Source of the DNA: Octopus vulgaris
Lineage: Eukaryota
Direction of reading: 5' to 3'
Length of the DNA stretch: 64,000 nt
Assembly (NCBI GenBank): GCA_951406725.2
Contig: OX597827.1
Location: 49,848,001 to 49,912,000, forward strand
The notes under the pieces were generated by a model, which worked only from the letters and a program-made list of their open reading frames with translations, was not told the DNA's origin and did no database searches. Made by a program: the position numbers and the translations under genes. This document shows, in pieces, positions 13,086 to 28,932 of this stretch. Every line of letters begins with the position of its first letter. Position 1 is the first letter of the stretch.

Positions 13086-13269
13086 TCATCATTAAAAATA
13101 TTAATACGCTAACTTTTTGTTTTTGTACGTACCTGCTATGTGCAAAACAGTTACTTCTTTGAAGTGACAAAGCGAGGAAGAGGAGGATAGAGAGGGAGTA
13201 AGAGAAACAGAGAGAGAGAGAGAGGGAGGGAGGGAGAGAGAGAGAAAGTGAGAGAGTGAGAGAGTTAAA

Positions 13270-13850
13270 TAGTATTTCTTTATTCACCATAAGGTTGAGA
13301 AAAAGAGGGGACAAAACAAACGTTGGGGTCAGGGTATCGAATGAGACGAAACGTATGAATAAACAAACAATTAAAATATATACAATTAAATGAGAATGAG
13401 TGATTAACAAAATAGGAAGCGGAGGACGCGGTTGACCCCACAAACCACATACTCACACTGAAGACTTTGCTTTCTCCTTTTTTACATTCTCGATTAAACA
13501 GGTCCTTTCACTCGCAACATACTTGCTATATACTTCCATCTTTTACGAAACACACTTTGCGACAGGCATTTCTTCTCCAGCCTTATTTTCCGTTTCATGT
13601 GGAAAACAAAAAAGTCGATTAGCTCGAGACTGGAGATAAACATGCCTGTTGCAATTCCTTTCGCTCTCGTCTTCCATACTACCTCTTTTGCCACAGCAAC
13701 TACCGAGAGAAAACAGGCTCGCTCCTCCCTATTCAGGGAGGTCGGCGGAACTATCTTAATTACAGATTCGCTCGACAGTTGTACTCTTCTCGAATGCGAC
13801 AGCAGGTGTTCGACATAAGCCCAGAGTTCAGTCACCTTGGAGCATTGACA
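13270..13850 (-). mobile_element. 5'-truncated Tx1/L1-type LINE (ORF2 C-terminus plus 3'UTR) in a GA-rich tract
   Basis: CQCSKVTELWAYVEHLLS...VVAVAKEVVWKTRAKG...FRKRW*. Tail CCTTATGGTGAATAAAGAAATA. Confidence 0.75.
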
Positions 13851-14454
13851 GCGTTCGTTTTGTGTTTTTAAATGTTTCAGAGAAGACGTAAGAGAGAAAG
13901 TGAGAGAGTGAGAGAGAAAATGAGAGAGAAAGAGAGATAGCTTATGAGTGGTTACGGCGTTCGTTTTGTGTTTTTAAGTGTTTATTACATCGCATGAGAA
14001 GTAGATACATAGATACATATACACATTGTTAAATCAAAAGTGGGAGAGAAGAGTGGCACAAAGGAAGTAAGAGAGAAAGTGAGAGAGACGGTAGATACAT
14101 AAATCCAAAGAAAAGTTCATAGATACATAGACACAGTAAATATTGGCTGTCAATTTCACTATTCATTACCACACGAGGATAAAATTAACTCACAAATGGC
14201 TGAGTACTCCACAGACATGCATAAAATTAAAGTAGTTCTCAGGGAGATTCAGCCTCACACAGAATATGACAAGGCTGGTCCCTTTGAATTACAGCTACAA
14301 CTCGAGTCATATATATATGAATGTATTTGTGTGTATATATGAGTATTTGTGTGTATATTGTATATGTATATTTATGCATGTGTGGCTATTTATATGACTG
14401 TATGCAGGTGTGCATGTGCATGTTTATGCACGTATATGAGTGTATATATGTATA

Positions 14455-14489
<35 letters not shown>

Positions 14490-14529
14490 TTGTGTACTTC
14501 AACCTATATTCAATTAAGGTATGTGTTGT

Positions 14530-14830
14530 ATTTATTCAGGTCACTGCCTGGAATCGAACTCGCAATCTTGGGATTAGTATCCCGCGCTCTTAAACACCAC
14601 GTCATATGCCCGTGGGCAATTTTAGAGTGATATCTAGGGTTTATAAATTCTCCTATCCTTCCTTAATACCGGTTCCCATATGCTATTCATATCTGCACTC
14701 GGTTTGCTTAGGAGGTTGTTGTGTCCTAGCATATGTGCTGCTTCTTTTTAGTTTTCGTATTTTCCAGTGGTCTTTTCTGTCTATTATTTTAACTTCATCC
14801 CACAGGGCGAGGTGGTCTCCAATTCTGAGT
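14530..14830 (-). mobile_element. Penelope-like element 3' end: GIY-YIG C-terminus followed by a tRNA-like sequence
   Basis: DHLALWDEVKIIDRKDHWKIRKLKEAAHMLGHNNLLSKPSADMNSIWEPVL, then GGGCATATGACGTGGTGTTTAAG...GAGTTCGATTCCAGGCAGTGACCTG (14611-14538), the same tRNA-like unit as at 49043-49116. Confidence 0.8.
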
Positions 14831-15749
14831 GAAACTGGGGGAACAGAAACTGCGAAGAGCCTGTCCAATGTATTCCACTTATTTAGTCTTGCCATACACT
14901 ACAATCCTACTGATTGCGCCTGAGAATTACGATAAAGCTACACGCTAATTCTGTAAATAGGTAATTCAGTTGATTGATCAAAAAATCCTTAGGCGGTTGT
15001 TAGGCTTGTAACAAGTCGCAACCCAATTGCCCTAAAAGCATACTGTGTTGTTAATAGAAAAAAAAAGTGGTATGACACATCAGATAAGGTTGTCGAAGAT
15101 CACGGCTTGAAAGCGTTTGGTCTTGGGACAACAAGATCCATACAGATCTGCAGGTAAACAATGACATCAACTATTTGATTCAAACTCTTGACTATGAACT
15201 TCTATAAGATAATACAATTAAGCCACATACCCACATAAACTTTCTGCATACCCAAACCATTGATCAAATATTAATTCACACGATAATATCAACAAGAAAA
15301 GCTAAAACAATTTCATAACACAACAACAAAATCTTGACGGAAATATTAATTTATTCTAAGCATTTTTCAAAATTTAATCATATTTTTTAACGAGTTTTTT
15401 TTAACACATTTGTCTTTTCTGAACCACTTCATTTATGTCTTTCTCTCTATATATATAACTTGTGTATGTGTGTATTTGCGAATCTGTATGTGTAGCTCTG
15501 TATGCGTATCGTCTGTATAAATATTTGCGTGTGTCACCTTTCTTCACGATATTCTCCAGAATGTGGTTTTGGTTCTAAAACTGCAAGTATAAAATGTGAC
15601 AAAATTTACTTCCATCGATCTCTTCCTACACTGCATTATACAGATGGAAATATCTGAGTGAGCGAGTGTATGGCTGTATAAATGTATGTATGTATGTATG
15701 GACGGATGTACGTATTTATGTGTGTGTGTGCACGAGCGCGTAGATAGAA

Positions 15750-15800
<51 letters not shown>

Positions 15801-15951
15801 TATTTGTGTATATATAACACAAATCCATAAATATATATATATATGAATATACACACAAACGCATGCACACATACAAACGTATATATATATATATATATAT
15901 ATACAGTATATATATATATATATATTTATATATATTTATATATATATATAT

Positions 15952-16005
<54 letters not shown>

Positions 16006-16461
16006 GCATGTATGTATATGCTCCAGCATGGCCGCAGTCAAATGACTGAAACAAGTAAAAGAGTAAAAGATTAAAAGAGTAATACAATTGATATATATAT
16101 AAATATATATATATATATACATGCATATATATATATACATATATGCATGCATGTATATATATATATATATCAATTGTATATATGTATATATATACATATA
16201 TATATACACACATATGTGTATATGTACACTTATATATATGTACATGTACACTTATATATGCGTGTGTATGTATATGTTTGTATATAGTTACCCTCATATG
16301 TGTGTATGTGTGAGTGTATACACATATAAATACATACATATAAGGGTATTATGTATTATAAAATGTGAATTTTTAATTATTTTCTGAGATTTTACAAAAA
16401 CAACAACACACATGTATATATACACATACGCACGTATACACACACACACACATATATATAG

Positions 16462-16498
<37 letters not shown>

Positions 16499-16596
16499 CA
16501 TACATACATACATACATACATACATACATACATACATACATGCATGCATGCTTGCATACATACATACATACAAACATACATACATACATACATACA

Positions 16597-16627
<31 letters not shown>

Positions 16628-17149
16628 GTATACTGATATTATTAAGCATGCATGTGTTTGTATAAACTGTACACGCAGTAGTTTCTCTTTATAGATATGT
16701 GTGTACCAGTTTATTTGTGCATTTGTATAACTATTGTGAGGTGCCATATGTGTGTGTGAATATGAATGGGTTGGGCTAAGAATCTGCGATTGAAACGCAC
16801 ATCGCACGTTTAGTGGTGACCACATTTATCTAATTGATGGAAATGAGGAATTAAAGATATCTATTAATAGATTCGAAGATGTTTATCTGAACACCTGAAA
16901 GAATGGTGGCTGAAATAACAGCTACAAGAATAACAACGACATTATTACAAAACAACAGTTGAAACTGTATCAAGAACCAAATGCTGTGACAACATACACC
17001 ATGAGAATGACGCTGAGGATAATTATGACGATAGAGATGAAGATGGTGATGTTGATGAGGATGATGATGATGATGATGAGGAGGAGGAGGAGGAGGAGGA
17101 CAATGATGATGATGATGAAAGCTATCAAACTTAGATAAACAAAAGACAA

Positions 17150-18510
<1,361 letters not shown>

Positions 18511-18824
18511 CGGTCTTTCAGTTTTTTTAAACCCTGTAAAAGAACTGGAAAGGTTAGGACTCAAACAGGTCTTTCGCGATACCCTTAAAGCCAGGAATTT
18601 TTTAGCATCCCCTCGTACGTACATGTATGTATGTATGTATGTATGTATGTATGTATGTATGTATGTATGTATGTATGTATGTATGTATGTATGTATGTAT
18701 GTATATATGTATGTATGTATGTATGCATGCATGTATGTATGTATGTATGTATGTATGTATGTATGTATGTATGTATGTATGTATGTATGTATGTTTTTTC
18801 TTCTTTATCCGTTTTTTCTTTTTT

Positions 18825-19026
18825 TTCTTTTTACTTGTTTCAGTCATTTGACTGCGGCCATGCTGGAGCACCGCCTTTAGTCGAGCAAATCGACCCCGGG
18901 ACTTATTCTTTGTAAGCCCAGTACTTATTCTATCGGTCTATTTTGCCGAACCGCTAGGTGACGGGGGCGTAAACACACCAGCATCGGTTGTCAAGCAATG
19001 CTAGAGGGATAAACACAGACACACAA

Positions 19027-19119
<93 letters not shown>

Positions 19120-19285
19120 TACGATAGGCTTCTTTCAGTTTACGTCTACCAAATCCACTCACAAGGCTTTGGTCGGCCCGGGGCTATAGCAGAAGACACT
19201 TGCCCAAGATGCTACGTAGTGGGACTGAACCCGGAACCATGTGGTTGGTTAGCAAGCTACTTACCACACAGCCACTCCTGCGCCT
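18825..19285 (-). mobile_element. SINE family A
   Basis: Full-length reverse-complement copy. Confidence 0.85.
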
Positions 19286-19964
19286 ATGTATGTATGTATG
19301 TATGTATGTATGTATGTATGTATGTATGTATGTATGTATGTATGCATGTATGCATGTATGTATGTATGTATGTATGTATGTATGTATGTATGTATGTATG
19401 TATGCATGTATGTATGTGCATAACGGGCTATCACACAGTTTTCGTCTATTAAACAAATTTGCTTTAAAAGCGTTGGTCAATTCGAAGTCACAGTAGAAGA
19501 AACTTGCTCAAGACGAAACTTGTAGATAGGGTATTGTTACTAAGCCTATTTTAACTAGTTGTACACTCATACATATATACACACATTCATACTTTCATAT
19601 GTATACATACATACATGCATGCATTCATAAATACATACATAAATGCAAGAATATGAATATAGATTAACTTATATGTGCATATGGGAATACATATTCATAC
19701 AGGCACACACAATCATGCTCACCCCCCCCCACATACATGCACATATTCTCATACATATTCTCACACATATTTACTCACATTGTCATATACATACACACAG
19801 CTAACCTGTTACATTGAATACTCCCTCACTCTTCATCCTTGACCCGGTTAATCACCAGACCTTAGCACCAACTGGTGATTATTCATTCTTCATTTACGCA
19901 CACTCACACACATTCACGCACTTGCACACAGATTCATGCACTATACACAGTTACTCACACACAT

Positions 19965-20028
<64 letters not shown>

Positions 20029-21156
20029 GAACGCGTGCGTAATCACATACACACACGCACACATACCTGAAAATAAACGCAGTCACTCAGGTAAGCAAAC
20101 GTACCGGCAGGTAGACAGAGAGGCAGACAAGACAAAGAGAAACATGCACGAAAGAGGTGTAAAAAGGTGTGGTAGGGAAGAGAGAAAAGAATGAAATTAT
20201 GAAGGGAATAGACTAAAAAAATAAGAATGAAAAGAAGAAAGAATTAAAGGAAGGAAAGAAGGAAGGAAGGAAGGAAGGAAGGGAGAAAGAAAGGCAGAAA
20301 TAGGGAAGGGAAAAAAGAGTTTAATTTTAAAGACATAAAAGAAATAAGAAATACATGAGAAAGAAAACAGAATGGGAGAATATAATAAATAATTTCATTC
20401 TGCGCAGCTTTCTCAAATTGTGAGCACGTAGCCTAGTTAGCTGCAAATTAGTATCATAAGGTAGCTACTATAAAGGACAGACGACGCAACACGTGACATG
20501 CAGACCTACAAAAGAAAACATTTGTCCTTTGCCAGAGTTTTATTGATAAATATCATAATTGTAAGAATAACAGGTTTCTCATGAAAGGACTACTCGTTGG
20601 TTGAGAAGAAAGACAGATTCATAGAAATAACAAGATAACGAGAAAACTGTGGTTCGGTCACATCTGTAGAGTGACTGGGTCACAAATATAATAATGTTCG
20701 GAAAATAAAAGATTAAAGAGGTTGACTAAAGCGAGAATGTATTAACCAGATTGAGACTTGGGACTAAAATGAGAACATCGGAATGCACAAAGAAAGCCCA
20801 TGATCGATTAGAAGGGATGGAAAGGGAAAGTAAAATATTAGAAGTGTCCTTTATTTAGTTGTGGTTTGTGGTTTTGGTAAAAAATATTTTCTTTATTTGT
20901 CGATATATGACCTATAGTTTTGTCAAAACAGTATTAAAGTGGGATGATTAAGAATTTTAGCGATTTGTTGTACACAAGTCTAAATGTTTACTTAGTGGGA
21001 TCTGGCTGTTATTAGTTGCCTATGAATTCAGTGTCTCGGTATCATTTTTGTCTGTTGTATGTAATTTTGTTTTACAACTATTTATAAGATGTGTCTTTAA
21101 TAGGCTGGTAATTAGGACAACCACATTTTTTTACTATTGGTGTTATGACGCTGGAA

Positions 21157-21192
<36 letters not shown>

Positions 21193-23227
21193 GATATTTT
21201 TATTGTCTTTTGCTTTTGATTACTTTATGCATTTCGAGAGATTGCTTTCACTTTTGGGTCTTCCTTTCATAATAGAATATTTTAATCGATAATGTTGAAT
21301 GTTTCTTAACTTTTAGGTTGTCAGTTGTGATTTAACTTAGATTATTAAGTGTATTTGAATTATTTTTTGTCCTTCGTAAGTCTTGAATATTTATTAATTT
21401 GAATATCTATTAAATTTGTTATCAATAAATTTCGTCTGGTACTATCTTTCAAATAATATTTGTTTTAATTTTTGGTGATTTATTTCGCATTTCAGAATTC
21501 GAAACTATTGAACATATTCTTCGTACTAGATTGAACGATATGTTTATTTTGACATACATACAATGTCGCTACATACACCTATTCTTCAGCTGAGTATCTT
21601 AGTACCAATGTTTTTATTCTGGGTGTTGCAGGAATTGCAACCCACTAGGAATATGTTAGTTTTCATAAAATATTATTCCACGATCTATTCCGGCCCTTAT
21701 TTGTTTCATGAATATTAGACATCAATCAAGTAATATAGTAATGTGTTTGAGATTTTGGCAGCATTCCACAGTTGCTCCAGAATTTTTCTGCTTCTTTGGA
21801 ATACAAAAACTTGCTTTCACAAGATTAAATTATTGTTTTTGGCACTCAGGGTCGATTCGATATTGCTGGAACTTCCTCTTTGTCATGCTATATATAAATC
21901 ATTGGCATAGACAAAACATTTGGTATACTATAATCTTTCGGCTTAACGTATTGAACAATGGAGTTTCGTAATTTTAGTGTACGGTTCTTACTAATCAACA
22001 TCTGCGTCTACGTCCTATCATAATAACATCAATGAGCTATGTGAAATTCATGTAATTTGTTAAACTGTGTAAATATTTTTGGACAGTGAGCGGTTAACTG
22101 TATCGTACGCTGCAATTAGCTCAAGAAAAACTATTCCTAGAAATTTCCTTTGTTCAAAGTTATCCTATATAGAGAGTGAGAGCAAGTAATTTAGTTCGTA
22201 GTTGACCTTCCAGAGCAGAATCCGGCTTTTTTAGAAATAAGGTTTTGTTCAATAACAAGTGATAATCTGATTGGAATATCACTTGTTACTCAAAGATCTT
22301 GTAAGGATTTCTTAATCAGTGGGAAGTTTTCTGTCACTGAGAAGAATCTTTCCCTAGCTTCTGAAGAACGATTAGCTTGGTTTTCTTCCATACATGGGGG
22401 GGGGGGGGGTGTAGAGAGATACTGCCATATTTGAGCGTCAGGCCCCAAAAGGCTTATCTGTACAGATGTTGTCAAGATCTCTTCTTTTTCCATTTTTGTT
22501 GCTCTATGTAAAACTTCTTGTAAATACGCAGCTTCAATTGTGGTTTGGGTGATTTTCGTTCTGATTGACATTTTTTGTGACTATTTTTCCTTCATTGTTT
22601 TTAGGCATTTGGTTCGCTGTGATATTGTAATACTCTCTCTCCGTGCTATTTTTATTTATATTTATAAATTCTAATAAAGTTGCCAAATTTGTCGTCGTTG
22701 ACCCGAGAAGGAATTCATAAGAAATTCTACATTATAAACTCTGAAACTAAATCAATTTCAAACTTTTATTTCCATTCTTTATACAATACGGAGTTTTCTT
22801 TTGTATGTAGTCGAATGTATTTTGTGTTTATTTTCTTTATTTAGCAAACTATTCGCAATTTTGCCATAGTTTTCTGCTTTACATTCAGTTTGTGGCAGTT
22901 ACCGCTGTCCTCTTTAAACATTTTCCAATTTGCATTCTGAAAAATTGAATCGGTGTCAGAAATGAAATTCTTATTGGAAAGATAATTTGATCTACCCTGC
23001 CACAAATGGATCGGTGCTATTTTAAGGAAATTATGTCCAAGACTAACTTCTTATACATTACTGCATTTTGATTACAAACTTTAATTCAAGATCGTTTCCT
23101 CGTTTTCAGTGTCCAGTGTTAACTGATTAAACTGAAAGGGTTTCTTTCCGCCTTAGGAATTAACTTCTTCATCCGTGACAGTAACTCGGTTATCCTATTA
23201 AATATATTTACAATTATCATCTCTATA

Positions 23228-24057
<830 letters not shown>

Positions 24058-25066
24058 ATTAACATCTCTAATGACGATTTTTTTTTTCTTTTATGAGTTT
24101 ACGAGTTTTATATGAGAAACCAGAAAGGATGTACAAGGAGGTTTGTGAATTGATGAGTTTTTCCAGTTCTGCCTGCAATACATCAATATTGACACTTCTA
24201 CTTCCATGTTGATATAATCGAATTTTAGTTTTTCTCTAATAGTGCAGTTCTGTATTTTTAAGTGTTTATCCAGTGGTCATAGTAATAAGCGAGGGTGGGG
24301 TGGGGGCGGTTCTTGATTGCTTTACAGATTGATGATATGGCATCTGTAAATGAAAGTGTCTCCTTCAATATTTTTGATAAGATGGATCTTTTATTGTTTA
24401 GGGATATACGGTTGTTGCATGTAAGGGAGTCCGATCTTTGGTAAGCACGGTCGTATGTTTCAGTCTTATTAGGCCTTCTCAGCAAAGCGCAATTACTTGC
24501 CAGACAATATGACTGACAGATATTTAGAGTGAATAAGCACTAACTGGTATGACATGTCATGAGACTGATTGGAGACGGGATTGCAAAGGGATATTTTCTG
24601 CATGTCCTCTTCATTCAATTTTTAATGAAGTTTTGGTTAATTTAAGTTTGAAAATGATGTGTGTGTCTGTTAGACTGTATGTATAAGCATAGACACGCAC
24701 AGAGAACGAGAAAGAGAGGGAGGGAGAGTGACAACATGTAATAATGTCAGAGTAATGTAAAGAATATTCTCGAAGAGGCTGAGTGTTTATGCTGCAATAT
24801 GTTGATTGAAAGTGAGACCCGCATCTAAAATTTGAGAGTGTTCAGTTACAATATTATATAAAACGGTTTCACATCTACCACTCTGCTACAGACCTACCCC
24901 AAGGGTAAACGGGGTGTCACCCCACATTCAATATGACCAAAGTATCACTTACCTCCACCATTATTTTAACTGTATGTTATATTGACCGACATTTACAAAC
25001 CTATTTTCTCTCCCCACTCTCTCATTCTTCACACACACGCATGTATATAGAAAGAGTATTTATATA

Positions 25067-25097
<31 letters not shown>

Positions 25098-25188
25098 CGA
25101 GAGAGAGAGATAGAGAGATAGAGAGAGATAAATTTGCATATATATCTATGTGTGTATGTATAAATATATATATACTCACATATGCATG

Positions 25189-25233
<45 letters not shown>

Positions 25234-25335
25234 TTTACATGTTTCAGTCATTACATTGCGGACATGCTGAGCAATGCATATTCGTGTATATTTACAAGGG
25301 GTTTTTTGCAAAAGATACCTGATATAGTCACAATA

Positions 25336-25706
25336 TCTGTCGTGACCTGAATTTAGTGGTAGTCACTGAACTTATCCGGGTGTTTTTTTTTTTGGCAAAC
25401 TGCTTTGAATGTGTAGATGTAGTGGAATAGTGATTCTGGTACTGTTAAAGTGGTTGCCGTTTTAAAAAGATGGGTATTTTATTTCTTTGTACTGTTGATT
25501 TGTTCCTCAAGCATAACCAACCATGAAGAACAAATCAGCCGCACAAAGAAATAAAATGCCAATCCCTTTAAAACGGCAGCCATTTTTACAGTACCAGAAT
25601 CATATCCCACTAGATCTACACATTCAAAGCAGTTTGCCATCGGCCCTTCAACAACAAAACACCCTGATAAGCTCAGTAACTACTACTTAATTCAGGCCAC
25701 AACAGA
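25336..25706. repeat. Long imperfect hairpin (about 175/183-bp arms, 14-nt loop)
   Basis: 25336-25509 is reverse-complementary to 25524-25706, with mostly transition mismatches and one indel of about 11 nt. Confidence 0.85.
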
Positions 25707-26549
25707 CAAATAGAATGTTCTTCAAGCCGAGGATTTTAAACTTACGGTGACAATATTTACATATCACCCATGGAAACACTACGAGATTTTATAATGCAAG
25801 GAAACAGTTGCATAATCAAGTACCTGCATGCTTCGAGAACTACGTCGCGTCGAAACAATTGTAGTAAATGAAAATAAATGTCCGACCGTACCTCTTCTTG
25901 CTGACTCCAATTTTTGCATGTACCAATTCACGCACGACAGATACCCAAACACAAACCTGGAAGTACGTATAATACTGGATAGCGCAGGGTAAATCTGAAG
26001 ATGGACGAGCTTTATATACCATATATACATATATATATATAGCACAAAGTAAGTTAGGGGTTGTGGGTGTAACCCACTAAGGGATAGTATTTATCCAATA
26101 TACTGTTGGTAAAGTACCCAGATTCTTAATACGTAAATGTTTTTAATTGCAATACAATTAACTTATTTATTGTATTAAACGGGTAAAGGTAAAGAAATAC
26201 TTTACCGTTAATTTATAATACAAATAAGATAATGGAGAGACAAATTTAGTTTGTTCATCAACTTTCAGATATTAGAATGTTGAATTATTTATTCATTTAA
26301 CAAAATGAGAACATTAATAGCATACATATATATCTTAAATTCAATACATATAAGATAAGAATACAAATTATAAAAATCATAATAAATTATTGAAATCATT
26401 AAAATCACTTCTTACAGCTGTTTCAGCCTATGGTTAAAATTAGCTATTTTTATTTCCCTTGCCTATAGTTGTCCAGAGGTTGTAGGCCCCAATAACTAAC
26501 TTATAATTCAGAAACAAGATAACACGTGTCCCGTCATTATATTGACGTC

Positions 26550-26658
26550 GGTTACTGATGAGATTTCGCCGGGTGGATAATATTGTTTTGCTAAATTACC
26601 TATTAAAGGATGGCAAATAATCTTATTTGCAAAAGAAATTCGAAACCATGGTATAACC
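26550..26658 (+). ncRNA. Type-I hammerhead ribozyme motif with long stem II loop
   Basis: GGUUA-CUGAUGA-GAUUUC..(about 67 nt)..GAAAUUC-GAAA-CCAUGG-UA-UAACC. Perfect stem I, palindromic stem III (ACCAUGGU), GUA triplet. Confidence 0.8.
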
Positions 26659-26825
26659 ACTAATAAAAATAACAGGGTAAAAGTTTTTATTTTTCATTTA
26701 CTTCGAAAATTGCTATAAAATCGTGGTTTTGGTCGTGTTGGCTGCTATTTCTAGCATGTAAAAATTACCTGTTAAAGGGTAGTTTTCTTTTGTGTTTAAA
26801 TGTACACTATTTTAAAATACATATA

Positions 26826-26857
<32 letters not shown>

Positions 26858-26975
26858 CTGTCTTTTTGTAATTAATTAATAAATAATTGATGCCAATCAA
26901 TTGTTATTCATCAATTGTATCTCCATTTCCTGTTTTCCTTCTATATAAATACATACATACACACACACATACACA

Positions 26976-27058
<83 letters not shown>

Positions 27059-27234
27059 GACGGGCTTCTTCCAGTTTCCGTCCACCAAATCTACTCACAA
27101 AACTTTGGTCGTCCCGAGACTATAGTAGAAAACACTTGCCCAAGGTGCCACGCAGCAGGACTAAAGCCGGAACCATATGATTGAGAAGCAAGCTTTCTAC
27201 TACACAGTCGCTCTCATATTTATATACACACACA

Positions 27235-27292
<58 letters not shown>

Positions 27293-27669
27293 TTTATATA
27301 TGTAGAAAAATCCGAGATGGTGCTGCCTTGTTTGAAGATAGGCAGAAACATGAATTGATAAAAGAAATGACGAGCTGCAATCTAATGACTGTAGCAAGTC
27401 AAAGATACAAATACCTAGATTCTAATGAATCCTACAATTGAGAATATATACACATATACATGTGTATGTGTGTGTATAAATACATGTGTGCATGTATATG
27501 TATATGTATATATAATTTATTGAAATTATATATATATATATATATATATGTAAGTATGTATATGTGTGTAGTGGAAATATATAGTCAGTGCAAGGTGTTG
27601 ATGTGGCTGCGTGTATATTATTACAAGAGTTCATATGGAGATGAAGAATAAATTCAAGATCTATATACT

Positions 27670-27894
27670 CTCTCTTTACTCTTTTACTTGTTTCAGTCAT
27701 GTGCCTCTGGCCATGCTGGAGCACCACCTTTAGTCGTGCAAATCGACCCCAGGACTTATTCTTTGTAAGCCTAGCACTTATTCTATCGGTCTCTTTTGCC
27801 GAACCGCTAAGTTACGGGGACGTAAATACACTAGCATCGGTTGTCAAGCGATGTTGGGGGGACAAACACAGACACACGCTCACACACACACACG

Positions 27895-27991
<97 letters not shown>

Positions 27992-28153
27992 GACGGGCTT
28001 CTTTCAGTTTCCGTCTACCGAATCCACTAACAAGACTCTGGTCGGCCCGAGGCTATAGCAGAAGACACTTGCCCAAGGTGCCACGCAGTGGGACTGAACC
28101 CGGAACCATGTGGTTCGTAAGCAAGCTACTTATCACACAGCCACTCCTACGCC
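27670..28153 (-). mobile_element. SINE family A
   Basis: Full-length reverse-complement copy. A partial copy also lies at about 27055-27210. Confidence 0.85.
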
Positions 28154-28596
28154 TACATAAAATTATTTTGTTTCACTACATAATTTTTTTTTTTTTTTCT
28201 TTTATCGATGATGATACATGGAATCAAAATGTAGAATCTAGTTGAATGAAGTAATCTATACAAGAAAGTTCAGAGATAGAAAATGTAGAAATAACAGCTA
28301 AGTGGTGGTTTTCAGTTATGTGGCGTAGAGAAATAGACGGATGTAGCAATGACGTGAGTGGCTCTAAATCTAATCGACTAAGAAGCGAAGAGCAGGGTTA
28401 GCAAGCTGTTGTTATTAATAGAACGCTAGACATTCTAGAAACTTCCAAGAGAAACGCTAAGCTTCTTGAATCACGTTTCATGACAGAGATGCTTCGAGAA
28501 ACTTAATAAAGGGAGGTTACTCTATAATCTTTCTTGTAATTGAGATCATCCAACTATTTAGCTACGTAGACCAATACATATGTATGCATATATATT

Positions 28597-28648
<52 letters not shown>

Positions 28649-28787
28649 AGTGTGTATGTGTGTGTGTATTACATGTGTGTGTATATATATGTATGTGTAT
28701 ATATATGTATGTATATATAAGAAATTTTTTGTGTAATGGGATAAAAAAACCAAGGTTGTATAGATATTAGAGCATTTATAAGATAGA

Positions 28788-28838
28788 AAGCTTGACAGCT
28801 GTTTCTAGGATATTAATAATATCCTTTCATCGGAGACG
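28788..28838 (-). ncRNA. Hammerhead-like motif, CCGAUGA core variant
   Basis: CCGAUGA-A-AGGAUAU..AUAUCCU-A-GAAA-CAGCUG-UC. Stem I is degenerate. Confidence 0.55.
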
Positions 28839-28872
28839 GTTTGAGAGTCATAATTAAGTCATAGTTAGCTTC

Positions 28873-28927
<55 letters not shown>

Positions 28928-28932
<5 letters not shown>

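Noticed and set aside
20400-22900. Possible decayed LINE ORF1 on the minus strand (ORF 22290-22571)
   Set aside because: No clear zinc-knuckle or RT motif could be read; too degenerate to call.
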